Assembly (NCBI GenBank): GCA_040285855.1
Contig: JAUFOQ010000002.1
Location: 1,550,001 to 1,614,000 of the forward strand
Origin: Eukaryota sp. GEM-RC1
Lineage: Eukaryota
Direction: 5' to 3'
DNA: 64,000 bases
This document shows, one piece after another, positions 35,421-47,979 of the stretch. Both the position numbers and the translations under genes were made by a program. The notes beneath the pieces were generated by a model, which was not told the DNA's origin, ran no database searches, and saw nothing but the letters and a program-made list of their open reading frames with translations. Every line of letters starts with the position of its first letter. Position 1 is the stretch's first letter.

Positions 35421-38400
35421 ATGGACCAATCAAGAATTGCTCACTTCCACATTGAGCTGCGAGTATGTAGCATCATGATGTTCTCTTTTACTTCAGAATT
35501 CTTCATTCCCTCCTTCACGAACTTCGTCCGAGAATACGCCCAATGACGAACTATCAATGCTTTTACAGAACATTGAAGCAACAACAGCACATCAGTTAAG
35601 CTCATCAGAGAACTTTTTATTCCTTTCCGTCAATCAGAGTACTAGTCCTTGTAATCACATTGGTGTGTCGTTTTTCGATCTTCATCTAACATTAGTACTG
35701 AACATTGGTTTCAACGATGAAGTAGCTCAAAAGCTTGCCCTCGTTACTGATCCTCTGTTTGTCTACCAATGTTACCGTCTTTTCATTGAGACTTATTCCT
35801 CTGTAGTATTCGGAGTATCTCCTCAGGACTTGTCCGATATTGCTGAAGAAATTGGACTTGCTGAATCTAGTAAGAATGATCTAACGAAATTGAAAATGTT
35901 GATCGATGGCTATCAAAACCTCCTCCAATTCTTGAACCATGTCATTCCTCAAGATCCAAGGGAACAACTATCACTGTATGTCCAAAAAGTCTCTGAAAAT
36001 CTTCCAACTGACCCCATTCAATTGAAAGTTCAATGTCTTCTCATCAATGATATCCACCAACCAGCCATCACGATTGATCCTTCCACGAAATCCTTTGTTA
36101 CTTGTGAACATGGATTTGACCAAAATGATACTCTCATTCAATCAAATACTGGTACTACTTCTGATGAGAAGCTAGATAGAATCACAAAGGATTTAAACGC
36201 AAAGGCTGAATCTATTGAAGATGTTGTGTTGTTTATTAGAGCAGAGCCTAAAGTAGAATATAGTTCTTCAGCTTTTGCTCAATTCAAGAGTAAGTTCATG
36301 GTTAAACGAAATACGGGTATAGCTGCTGCTGCCTGTCTTGTTCTTGTAATCTTGAGTGTTCTGCTTTTCGTATTCCTTCGTTCATCGTCAAAGACTTTCC
36401 TTGTCTCTGGAACAGTCGGGAATGATTCGGTTGAACTTGCGGACGTTCTTGTCTCTGGTGATGGTTTTGTTAGTGTCTACTCTAATGCTGACGGTTTCTT
36501 TGAGCTTCAGCCACTTGTTAATGGAATATATGAACTCACTTTCGAACTTGCGGGCTACGATACAAAGTCTGTCAATGTTACAGTGTCTGACAGTGACAAC
36601 TCGATTAATGTTTCTCTATCCTTAAATACTTTTGTTGTATCTGGATCCATTACTAGTGATTCGGTTGAACTTGCGGACGTTCTTGTCTCTAGTGATGGTT
36701 TTGTTAGTGTCTACTCTAATGCTGACGGTTTCTTTGAGCTTCAGCCACTTGTTAATGGTTTATATGAAGTCACTTTCGAACTTGCGGGCTACGATACAAA
36801 GTCTGTCAATGTTACAGTGTCTGACAGTAACGAGTTGATTGATGTTTCTCTATCCTTAAATACTTTTGTTGTATCTGGATCCATTACTAGTAATTCGGTT
36901 GAACTTGCGGACGTTCTTGTCTCTGGTGATGGTTTTGTTAGTGTCTACTCTAATGCTGACGGTTTCTTTGAGCTTCAGCCACTTGTTAATGGAATATATG
37001 AACTCACTTTCGAACTTGCGGGCTACGATACAAAGTCTGTCAATGTTACAGTGTCTGACAGTAACGAGTTGATTGATGTTTCTCTATCCTTAAATACTTT
37101 TGTTGTATCTGGATCCATTACTAGTAATTCGGTTGAACTTGCGGACGTTCTTGTCTCTGGTGATGGTTTTGTTAGTGTCTACTCTAATGCTGACGGTTTC
37201 TTTGAGCTTCAGCCACTTGTTAATGGAATATATGAACTCACTTTCGAACTTGCGGGCTACGATACAAAGTCTGTCAATGTTACAGTGTCTGACAGTAACG
37301 AGTTGATTGATGTTTCTCTGTCCATAAGTGTCTTTGTTGTATCTGGAACCGTGACTAGTGATTCATTTGCTCTGGAAAATGTTGTAGTGTCTGTTGATGG
37401 TGACTTTGTTTTGACCACTGATGACGTTGGCAGATATGAACTTGAGCTTACAAATGCTGATTATGAGATCAAATTCGAGCTAGGAGGTTTTGTTACAAAG
37501 TTTATCAGTGTTACAGTTTCTGGCAATGATCAGATTATTGATGTTTCTCTTGAACCTCTTTTTACATTGGAACTTTATATCTATGACGATGTTACTTCCG
37601 AAGCGCTTTTCAATCCTCGTGTTAAGATCAATCAAGATTTGATTGTCAATGGAGATGAAACAGGACACATCACTGTTGATTTGATTGCTGGTCATTATGA
37701 GCTCACTTTAATGCATCCTGATTTCTTTGATCAAACTCTAACAGTGCATCTAGACAGTTCTAGGACTGAGTCGGTGTTGATGACTCGTCATGCGTTTTCT
37801 GTTGATGGTGACACCATTACTAGTTACGATGACTCTTTCGGTCCAGACGTAGTAATTCCTTCCAGTGTTAATGGAATTCAGATTACTACAATTGGGGCTG
37901 GCGTTTTCGAATCTAAACAGCTAACATCTGTCCATATTCCAAACAGTGTTACTTCTATCAATAGTAATGCTTTTCGCAATAATCTCATCAATGAAGTAGT
38001 AATACCTGATAGTGTAACAAATATTGGCGAATCGGCTTTCAAGAATAGTGGTCTGATAACTCTAACTCTTAGCGAGTCTCTCACTTTCATCAGGTCATCT
38101 GTCTTTGAAGGCAATCAGATAACATCCGTGGTCATTCCTAATGGTGTAACCTCTATTGGTTCCTATGCTTTTAGGAACAATCACTTGTCATCAGTAGTTC
38201 TGTCTGAATCTCTTGTTCAGATATATGCCGGTGCGTTTGAAGGCAATTCGTTGACCAACATTGTCATTCCATCATCTGTTACAACGATATCACTTACTGC
38301 GTTTCGGTCCAATCAATTGATTTCTGTTGAATTTGGTCATTCTTTAGAAAGCATTTCCGCACAGGCATTTCACGGGAATTCCAATTTAGAATGAATCAAG

Positions 38401-38595
38401 CTTCCGCCCAGCCTACAACAATTAAGTATGGATGTCTTCACAGGGTGCCCCCTGTTATCTGTTGAGATTTTTGATGGTGTTTCTGTTCATTCCACTTCCA
38501 TTCCAGGACAATTCAGTTCTGTTTATAATGCAAATGGAGCTGGTCTGTACACCAGAGCAAGTACTTCGGACTCCTTTTCCTTTCAACAGGAATAG
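35421..38595 (+). CDS. type II membrane protein: N-terminal domain, TM helix, CarboxypepD_reg/PEGA-like repeats, BspA-type LRRs; 34-nt intron 35463-35496; in-frame TGA at 38392
   Basis: Intron GTATGT...CTTCAG fuses MDQSRIAHFHIELR in frame to the 945-aa ORF; TM AAAACLVLVILSVLLFVFL; 78-aa repeats; LTSV.IP.SVT.I...AF..N repeats continue 66 codons past the TGA. Confidence 0.85.
36394..37329 (+). repeat. four near-identical 234-bp coding tandem repeats, followed by a diverged fifth
   Basis: Unit starts at 36394, 36628, 36862, 37096. Confidence 0.95.
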
Positions 38596-38907
38596 TTTTT
38601 GACGTATCTTCTTTGTTTCTGTAAAGATTATGTATTTTATACATGTATTTGGTTTACCCATAACATAGTTGGTCATTTATAGATGTGTTTGGCTGGAGGC
38701 CCTTAGACAAATTCGAATTCAACATCAATCCGGAAATGTTAGAGTTCAACTATCTGTAGTCGATTTAATTATTTTTGGGTAATGCAGAATATAGTTCCGA
38801 ATCCCACAGTAAGTCAATTTGCAATAACTGAAAAACAGTTGTTTTAATCAACCGCGTTTGCCATGTTGCCTCACTTTTAGTATAATATCAACAACTAACA
38901 CAAGAAC

Positions 38908-39594
38908 CAGGGGTGTGAAAATATTTATTTAAATATATTGTTTATTGTTTTCGAAAAAAATAAATATATTGTTATTGTTTTTGACAGAAATAAATATATT
39001 GTTATTGTTGTCGAAACCAATAAATATATCTATTTATTGGCAATAAATATTGGATAATTTTATTTAGTTTCTATGTATCAATAATCAGACAAGAACAGCT
39101 CTAACATTTTTTATGATATATCAAATGTTCCTCAGACTCGTCATCATCCTAAAAGAGCTCAATAGATTGTGTAGTGAATAAGACTCTGATTGAAGATACT
39201 TTTCTGGAGTAACTCCAATCGCACAACAACAGAACAGTTTGGGTTTCCGTCGTATTAAGCGGGACAAATCGTGTCAAGTACAGATTTGAAAAGTAGTGGG
39301 TAACAATTTCCTTATGTTCAGACATAAATAAGACTCAGATCGAACTGTATCGTGCTCAGCAACCTCCAATCGATCACTTTACACTATATTTCTTCAAAAA
39401 TGGTACAATAAATTACTGTTAAAAAGGACAAAATAGGACTCCAATTTATTTAAATATATTGGAATATATTGCAATAATATTGTTTATTGTTTCGACCATT
39501 AATAAATATATTGTCGGTACTCACAGAACAATAAATAAATAGATAGATATTTATTGCAATAAATACAATATAAATATATTTTTTCTCACCCCTG
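38908..39594. mobile_element. hAT-like MITE
   Basis: TIR CAGGGGTG(T/A)GAAAA; TSD ACAAGAAC; ataaatatattg subterminal repeats. Confidence 0.9.
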
Positions 39595-39899
39595 ACAAGA
39601 ACTAGTGGGTGAACTACTAGTAGTGTTCAATCTTCATAAGGTCCGATATTAAGATATTAAGTTCTACATTGTGTTCCTGATACTGTACGCCCAAAATGGC
39701 TACGAAACCAGCTACCAAGAAATGCAGTTTGTAATGCCGGACTACCGTGTTCCAAAAAAAAAAGTTGGACCGAGAAATGGTGTCGAAAACTATTGGTGGA
39801 AAATAAGGTAGATTTAATAATGTGTAGTTGTCAAGAGTCTCAGCAATTGCCATCTTATTTCGAATTTGATGGTATTTTTGAAGGATCAAGAATGAATAA

Positions 39900-40670
39900 T
39901 TAACATGCGTTTGTGATTGGGGCTCTGGCCTAATGGTTTACTTCAACAGTCTAAGTGCATCTGTAGTGCTTCAAAGCCTGCTTTATGTCATCATATTGTT
40001 AATTACCCAAATTTATTCTTTGCGAGATGTGTTCTTCACAACAGTATTCGTGATCAATACTAGTATTCTTCTTTATTTCAATTCAATAGATTTCACGGTA
40101 AAAGTGAACCTCTTTTTTCTGCATTTTCTTATTCTTTCATTCGTGATAAGAGTCATGGTGATTTACTTGGCACATGGGTAAATTGTAAAGAAGTTGTTTT
40201 GGATTTCAGCACTGTGGATCCATGTAATGATACTCCTTGTAGTAAAATAGTGGATGATCAATTTTTTCCTTTGGATAATGCTGAAGATAAGAAATCACTT
40301 CGTTATTGTGATGATATTTCTAAATTCAATTTTCCAATACATAATGGTGTGTTGTTTCAACCATTCGGTATTTCCATCTATGGGAATTTGGGTTCTGCGG
40401 TTCAAACGTTTTTGTCATCTTTTAATCAATTTTGTTGTGAATTTGGCAAGAAGTTTAACATAAGATTTTTGAGAGATCGTCTGGTTTTTTCTATATTTCG
40501 TTTAATGTATCAATATTTGCGGTTCAAGCCCATATCATGGAATAGTCTAGTAATATTGATTACGTCGTTTGACTTTATGTATCTTTAAGAGATAAAAGCT
40601 TCTTTTTTAGAACTGTGGTACTGTTGATCAGGAATTGCCTGTGTCTAGTGTTTCATAGCTTTTAATTATG
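39900..40670 (+). mobile_element. 3' fragment of a CRE-like non-LTR retrotransposon
   Basis: HGDLL...VVLDFSTVDP...AEDKK..RY...FQPFGISIYGNLG; tail aactgtggtactgttga...tttcatagct also at ~17890 (+) and ~54410-54460 (-). Confidence 0.7.
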
Positions 40671-40794
40671 ATAGGTATTTTTGTGCCCTTCCTTGATAAA
40701 CTGTTTAGAAACTTTTTTTTACATGCAACAAATATGTTCAATATTCAAGTTCATTTTATTATTAAGTAACGGTCAAAACTCGAATTCTTGCCAA

Positions 40795-42039
40795 TTATTC
40801 AAATTCAAATGTTACAATCACTGCATTATCCAGATTGATATCCGTGACAGTCACTGATTGATCTCCTACCAACTCAACAACTTTCTTATCCATACCATCA
40901 CTAAACTGACGTTTCAACGCTCCAACATACAACGGTTCCTCACCAAGAGATACACTTGGAGACGATAGTTCTGCTCCCCCTTGTATTGAGTCAACACCTT
41001 GAGACAACATATCAACAAATTGACTCAAAGTAATATCTATTGAAACTTTGATACGGGTATTCTGAATACCACACACCAAACAGTATTCGTTACGTTGGAG
41101 AGGCATCATTGAAGAGTAAATTCCGCTCTTACTTGAGGATGCTCTGTACATGCCAAAATTATTCAAAATTCCATAAATACACGTGACGATTTTGACCGAT
41201 TCAAACACACAAATAGATGCTACCAATGCATTAGTACTGGCAACTGCCGGAATTACATTTTTAACAACTGACTCAACCATTCTCTCAGTAACTAATTCAA
41301 GACCAAACTCCTGGCAATGGTTGTTGGCCATCTTCATCAAAATATTTAAATGTTCAGAATTTTCTAAATCAAAATTAGTTTCAGGATGTTGCTCTGGCCA
41401 TAAATGAAACGCTGCGTACTCAACACAATGCTCAGGAGCACGCGGTCGATTAGCTAGAGTACATATAGGAAAACGTTCAGCAGGAGGATATAGATCAATG
41501 CAAGACATGCAGGGAGTGTGAGTAGGGACGATGACGCGATAGCTTCCATCAAATCCTTCACATCCTCCGTCTACAAGTGGAACAATCTTTTCAAATGATC
41601 TAAAGACATCTACTACTGTTGAGTTGAGATGTCGCCTGGCAGTAATAGAGTCCAACCCACTAATGATGACGTCAAATGACGAGTACCATTCTAGAGTCAT
41701 TTCTTCTATTCTACAATTGAAATGAGAAATGTTGATATCGGGGAATCGACGTTTGATGCTGTCAGCAGCTGCTTGTGCTTTGTATCGTCCTACATCGGTT
41801 GGAGCAAAGAGAAACTGGCGGTTGAGGTTCGAAGATTCTATTGTGTCCATGTCTATGACAGAGATGTTTTTGAAGCCAGAGAGAGCAAGACATTTAAGTA
41901 TTTCACAACCAAGTCCTCCTGCGCCAACACACAGAACATTTGCAGAACTTGTTCCAGGAGTATCTGTTGGAGCAAACGCTGGGTGTGCAAAAGGACCAGG
42001 AGTGGTAGTGAAGAAGGAGAGGTCGTGAAAAGTAGACAT
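40795..42039 (-). CDS. UBA3: NEDD8-activating enzyme E1 catalytic subunit
   Basis: VGAGGLGCEILK, DMDTIESSNLNRQFLF, GLDSITARRHLN, catalytic FPICTLANRPRAPEHCVEY, IPAVASTNA. Confidence 0.95.
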   Translation of the reverse strand: MSTFHDLSFFTTTPGPFAHPAFAPTDTPGTSSANVLCVGAGGLGCEILKCLALSGFKNISVIDMDTIESSNLNRQFLFAPTDVGRYKAQAAADSIKRRFPDINISHFNCRIEEMTLEWYSSFDVIISGLDSITARRHLNSTVVDVFRSFEKIVPLVDGGCEGFDGSYRVIVPTHTPCMSCIDLYPPAERFPICTLANRPRAPEHCVEYAAFHLWPEQHPETNFDLENSEHLNILMKMANNHCQEFGLELVTERMVESVVKNVIPAVASTNALVASICVFESVKIVTCIYGILNNFGMYRASSSKSGIYSSMMPLQRNEYCLVCGIQNTRIKVSIDITLSQFVDMLSQGVDSIQGGAELSSPSVSLGEEPLYVGALKRQFSDGMDKKVVELVGDQSVTVTDINLDNAVIVTFEFE

Positions 42040-43046
42040 AAAAGTGACTTGGATAGTTTACAATTAGATAAAGAACTGAAAAAGTTTGCTATACTGTACA
42101 TGTACATCATCAGTTTCTGCTAGTTGTTGGGAGATTTGTTTGTGCATATAAACTCATCGTGTTATTTCAATAGTTGTATATTTTAATTTAATGGTTTTTA
42201 ATATATACAATGAACCAATAAAAAAATGAACTAGTATATAAAAAAACGGGGTTTATGATCAGTCAGTGAAATAAAATGCATTTGCTGAAGTTAATAACTA
42301 ACAGACAAAACCATTAAAAAACTTAACAGATGTGACTTTCAAAATGACTTTGAGCGTAAGTGTAGTTCATTGACTGCTCTCGATTTTTCAGTATAACCGT
42401 TTCACTGCATGAAGAACATATATTCGTGATGTCAAATTGTTAGCGATCAGAGGAAAATGCTGCAGAGTCAAGTCTTTTCGTTAAACTGTAATCAATGACA
42501 CAGTCAGTAGTTTGCAAGATAAGTGTATTTGGAAATAGACGAATACTTTGGAACTAGACGTCTAGTGAAGGCTCAACACAAAAGCTCTTAATACAATCTA
42601 AGTATAAGAAGTTTTTGTGAAATACTATTCAAATGAAGAATCTTCTTTTGATCATACAACTTTGCAACTGTCATACTGTGGTTTGCTTTGATGAAAACAA
42701 CTGAATCTGTTTGAACAGAAGCAATCTTAAAGATTAAACACACATTGTTCAAACTGTACCTGTTATGTACATAATAATACCTAATTAACTCAGTGAAACT
42801 TAAGATAAGAGATTGGTATTACCTACACCGATGTTATTAAAACAATACTATTCCTACAGGCTCGGTAGGAGAACAATTTAACCCTCAAGGCCATTTTCCT
42901 TGGAAATCAAGAAAATGACAACACCATGAACTTCACATGTTCAACGAACATGAAATGAAGCACTTTTTGCCTTTGTACCCTCAACTTCATTACAGATTTT
43001 GAAGTAAATATTGATCCTCATACGTTAAGCAATGAAGACAAAGTGG

Positions 43047-44514
43047 TCACACAATTGATCTGATTCTCCTATAATCATCATTCCTCTCCAGAATATCCCA
43101 CACAGGTTCAAGCAAAGACAATCGTACATCCACATCCTCACTTGTATCTACACCCAACCCCTGAGTTTCCGAAGGAAGGAAATAAGCAAGACCATCAGCA
43201 ACAGATCCTACAGAGAAAGGAGGAGATACCAATAGAGGTCGGTTTCCTGCTAGTTTCATTGTTTCATAACAATCGAACTTAGACCACTGAGAGGTCATGA
43301 AAGCACCGGATCCAAATCTAAAACCACTTTTAATTACTCTTTTATTTGGCTGAGCACAGATCCACCACAACAACTTCCTTATATCATCAGAATTAGGCCG
43401 ATCATCCTTACTCAAGGCATGCCACTTGCTGGCAACCTCCCACAGAGGAGCATTGGCCAGTGTTTCAGAGGAAATAGTACCGTGAGGGATTAAGAGGGCA
43501 TTGGGGAAATACATTGGAGGAAGGTCAGGAAGTCTGGAGCCTCTGCAATTAATGGAAGTAAGAAAATCTGGAGGAGATAGAAGTGAGATATCATCAGCAT
43601 AAAACTGTTGTCGAGATCGATGAACAATCTGATGGAAAAAAGCAGAGAGAGCTTCGAAAGTTGAAACCCATGAATTAGAATCAAGAGGGTTAGTGGCTTC
43701 ACGTTTAATTTGGTCAACTTGCTTCCTTGTAAACCTTACAATTTTTCCAAGAATACCATACTCAATCTTCTTCACTTCCTTTTCACCATCATCCTTGTCA
43801 TCGTCCTTCTTCACTTCCTGAGGTACATGGTCAGCATTAAGTAGTTTAGGGTCATGTTTAAGTGCCAACTGCTTCTCTTCAGTGGTCATGTCGTTGTTGT
43901 CCAAGAACGGCATACAGTAGGGTTCAACACTGAGTACAGGATTCTCGTGAGCAGAGAGTTTGTTGTAGATCTCTGTCAATCCACGACAAAACTGGAAGAA
44001 ACCATCACCATCACAAGCCACGTGATGGATTCTGATACCAAGGATTGACCCTGAACACGAGAACTTGGTATGTTTGACTGTCAGTATCGGATCTGTACAA
44101 AACCCATCAATAGAGGGATCAAAAGGAGCCAAAAAGCAATTACCACCGTCAGGGGAGATCAGTTACGGTGAAACGATCTGCCACGTCATCACTAGTGGAG
44201 AATGACTTCAGAGGTTGGTTGTAATGAGTAAGATGTAGTTGTGCACCAGTATTGATTTTTGAGATTTGATAGCTGCCATCAGAGGTACTGATTTGGAATC
44301 GTCCTGTGAGGATGGGGTAGTAATCAAGGAGATGTTCCAAAGAGGTTTGAAGTAAGTTGGCATCTAGGCCATGACGGTAGATGAAAAGAACAGCAATGGG
44401 CACAGGAGTCCCTGCAAGTTGGTCGAAAGGGCTCAAAGTAATAGGGGTCTGGAACTGGTCTTCAGATTTACTCCTGCAGTGCAGAGTGTGTACCGCTAAA
44501 TCAGATAAACACAT
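43047..44514 (-). CDS. CoA-dependent acyltransferase (BAHD/Transferase family); one apparent indel at ~44150
   Basis: LSPFDQ, SLEHLLDYYPILTGR, HxxxD motif HHVACDG, VSTFEALSA, YFPNA, TSQWSKFD. Confidence 0.85.
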
Positions 44515-44685
44515 AAAAAGAGTCTTGGTAACACCACAGTTACACGAACAAATAAGTTGGTATCCACTGCTGTTTTTTACTACATGTAGTATACAAGTTC
44601 GAATTACACCCACACAAAAAGCTCTCTATTTAACGATTCTTCTTTGTCTTAAGCATCTCACTAAGTGCTTTCTGTATTGAACTGC

Positions 44686-46314
44686 ATGTCTCGGTTAATC
44701 AGACAAGCCTGCATCAATCCAAACGTCACCGACTTTTCCCTTCTCGAGAACTATTTCTTATCCGAATCCATTGAATGTCGTTCTGTTCCCTTTCCTAACT
44801 GCTTAATAGTGCAACGGTTTTCCAATTACCAGTTCTTCTTTGATTCTTTGTTGAACATCCATCAGTCTTGTACAACCGTAAACTCCGTTGTTCTCTCAAC
44901 CCTTATTAAAGAATCCCAATCTGATCTTCTACTATCATTCTCTAATCTTTTTAAATCCGGACGAAGTCTCTTCTCCATTGCCCTCCTTAATCACCAGGTT
45001 TCTCTACACTCCTCTCTCACTGACTCCTCCAGCCTCGAACTCTCACTCCCTCACTTCGGTTGCTCTATTGTTGACTTAAACCCTTCTTTAATAATCAGCA
45101 CCAGGCCAGCCCTCCCCAATATCCCCACCTTTTTACCCTCTTTCTACTCATCTTATCTCAAAACTCTCTCCCCAGCTCAACCCCTTGACCTTTCCACTGT
45201 CCCTAATCGTTTCCAGAGTCCTAGCTTTCTCCAGTCTTATCATCCACCCCATTGGTCTTGATCCTTCTGATGTTGAAGCGCTCTCTCAAGTCATCTCTCA
45301 GAATGGAGGGCAAGTATCTCTCTCCTTTATTTCCACCGTTACCACTGTCATTGCTCACTCTGATCCCACCAGAGGCTTCTTTCCTGCTCTCTGTGAACTT
45401 CCACCCTTCGTTGACATTTTTAACAGTGATTGGGTAAGTGCAAAGGTCGACAACATGTTCATCAATGACAATCACTATCGTGTTAGACTTTCTGATCTCT
45501 CAGCCAGTATTGAATCATCTTACTCATCTCCAGTAGTAGTTGGACCCTCTGTTTTCGAGGGATATACCTTCTTTCTGTATCAGTGTGAGAATCCGGAATT
45601 AATACAATTAATTGAATCAAATAGAGGAGTGGTGGTGGATAATATTTTAAAGGCGCGATTGGTGGTTGTAATGCATGGGTTTGAATCACCAATTAGAAAT
45701 GAAGCTCTTGTTGTTTCCCCCTGATTACGTGATTGTTTCTTCGGAAGTCAACAGACTGATTGAGAACACTTTATTCCCCAATCTTAAACCTCTAGCAATC
45801 CCTCATAACAGATTGAAGTCTTTTGGGAAAGGGGAAAGTGTATACGTAATCAGATTAGGTCGTGATTGCACTCTTAAGCACTGCGTGATGCAAGCCTGCG
45901 AGTCGTTGGGGTTTAAAACCCTTGACAAATTGGAAAGAAGAAATCTTCCATCCTTTGTTGTTCTAGTTAAGAATCAGTCCGGAAATCCTGGAGGTGTCAA
46001 TCCGTTGGTTGTGAAGAAGTATCACGATCAGCTTAGGTTCTGTCTTAAACATAGGCTTGATGTTGTTTCCACTGACTACGTCGAGTCTTGCTTGTTAACT
46101 GGAACTGCTGAACGTCGACCTTTTATTGTGAGAGAGGTTGACTTGGGTAATTTAGTGGAGAAGGGTTTTTGTATGTCGCAGTTCAATTCTTCAAGAAGGT
46201 TTATTGAATCACCTTCTGCTCTTTTTTTCTTGTGATTTTACAACCGGAACTCAACAATCGCAGTTCCCTCAACGTGATGATCTCTTTGATGGTATTGATT
46301 ATGATTACGATTAA
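44686..46314 (+). CDS. multi-BRCT protein, TopBP1/Cut5/Dpb11-like; three apparent 1-nt indels (~45213, ~45720, ~46225)
   Basis: BRCT signatures F....I...GL...L..VISQNGG...TTVIA...DWV; VFEGYTF...LIESNRG...VSPDYV; VVSTDYVESC; acidic aromatic tail SQF...IDYDYD. Confidence 0.65.
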
Positions 46315-46878
46315 AATGATTGAAGATTTCTCTTCTTCTTGATTGATCGTTTACATTGATCGTTGCTATTCATGGTTCAATTGAATTGTACATGATAGAG
46401 TTTATCTATGATTGAATTAATGTCCAGCCTCTGAATTGTTTCTGACTCAGATATTTAACCAGATTCCATTTACAATCATATGTTTGAAGTTTGGTCTTTG
46501 GAATGTTTCATTATTTGTGTTTTATGGGGGCGAAACTCTTTATATCTTTTGATTCATCTCCAATTCAAGTATTCTCTTTGATTAATTAGTTTGGTTATTT
46601 AGTCTTTCCGTATTGAACTTTTGATATTCTATAGTAATGGTGTGCATAACAAAAAGCTTTTGATTTTGAGCCATGATATTCCTTTTAAGGGTGTAGTTCC
46701 ATTGACATGTTTTGCACTTCAACAACAACTGATCGTTTGTTTCAAAGAAGCCTCGTGTTATTCAAAGAAGATTAATGGTGTATATTTACAAATATATTAT
46801 ACTGCAAAATCTCTTCACGTCATACCCTATTAATAAAGATCGACCAATAACAACATGAGACGCACAACATTAGGTGTA

Positions 46879-47172
46879 CTACAAATAACGTACATCGGGC
46901 AAACGGAAGGATTTCGATGAAGGAATTTTTGTTGAGGAACGACGGCGAAGAGCTGTCAAATTTGCATATGATTTAGAAGAAGGGACAGTGTGAGCAACAC
47001 CAAAGCTAGAGCTTATTCGTGGTAAACGTTCTCCTTTTGATGGAGATGAAAGACTACTTTGTATCGATCGAAGCCTAGACTCACTGAGCAGAGAATGTAA
47101 CAACGTTGGTGAATGTCTGTATCGGGGTGGTATAAAACTGTGTTTGAAGTAGGTCTGGGTGTGTGATGTCAT
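46879..47172 (-). CDS. small basic S/R-rich protein, tandem paralog A
   Basis: Aligns to 47547-47837 with third-position changes (CCA/CCT, CGA/CGT, ACG/ACA, CTG/CTA). Confidence 0.7.
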   Translation of the reverse strand: MTSHTQTYFKHSFIPPRYRHSPTLLHSLLSESRLRSIQSSLSSPSKGERLPRISSSFGVAHTVPSSKSYANLTALRRRSSTKIPSSKSFRLPDVRYL

Positions 47173-47546
47173 TGGTTGTCGTATACTTAACCGGTGAACA
47201 GCTCAAAATTGTTTCAAACTCGTTCACGACATTACATGTAACTTCTCGTCTCGTCTATTGAAGGTTATTCTTTATTCATCAATCCTGATGTCTATCTATA
47301 TATAATGTTTGAGCTCTGTCCAATCTACCGGAATTCCTTTGATACATCACATCACCTACTCAAAAGATCTCAAATTGTCAAGGTCAAATTTCAAAAACCT
47401 CGTGTTGATGCAAAGTGTCAATATGTGATCAATTGAACATTAAATAGCGTTTATAATAGCACAGAGGAAGAACCTCGTCACTTAGAGACTAGCTCAATAA
47501 ATGACCAACAATAAAAACAATAAGAGGAAGAATCTCAATTCTTATA

Positions 47547-47837
47547 CTACACACGACGTATATCCGGCAAACGGAAGGAACTCGACGAAGGAATGTTTGT
47601 CAGGGACCGACTACGAAGAACTGTCAAATTGGCATATGATTTGGAGGACGGTATGGAGTGAGCAACACCAGGGTTCGAGCTGATCCGCGGGAGTAAACGA
47701 TCTGCTGGAGGTGAAAGACTACTTTGAATCGACCTCATACGCGACTCACTAAGTAGAGAATGTAACAATGTTGGTGAATGTCTGTAACGGGGAGGTATAA
47801 AACTGTGTTTGAAGTAGGTTTGAGCATGCGATGTCAT
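47547..47837 (-). CDS. small basic S/R-rich protein, tandem paralog B
   Basis: QTYFKHSFIPPRYRHSPTLLHSLLSESR is identical to paralog A at the protein level. Confidence 0.7.
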   Translation of the reverse strand: MTSHAQTYFKHSFIPPRYRHSPTLLHSLLSESRMRSIQSSLSPPADRLLPRISSNPGVAHSIPSSKSYANLTVLRSRSLTNIPSSSSFRLPDIRRV

Positions 47838-47905
47838 TGTTGACTTCTTAACTGGGAAACGGTTGTTGAAAGGAAAAGCTCAAAATGGTTCTACTGGTAT
47901 GAGCA

Positions 47906-47976
47906 AATTTCATGCATATGTGAGCAAAGTTCACTTTTCACTGAAAAATGAACTTTGCTCACATATGCATGAAATT
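47906..47976. repeat. 71-bp near-perfect palindrome
   Basis: 35-bp arms 47906-47940 and 47942-47976, one mismatch, 1-nt spacer. Confidence 0.95.
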
Positions 47977-47979
47977 AGT

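Noticed and set aside
36356..37306. Repeated 68-89 aa ORFs in an alternate frame
   Set aside because: Shadow frames of the 234-bp coding repeats of the BspA-like gene
38392..38394. Genome-wide UGA reassignment
   Set aside because: TGA terminates genes at expected C-termini (e.g. DNAJC21), TGG is used for Trp, and the long conserved genes have no internal TGA
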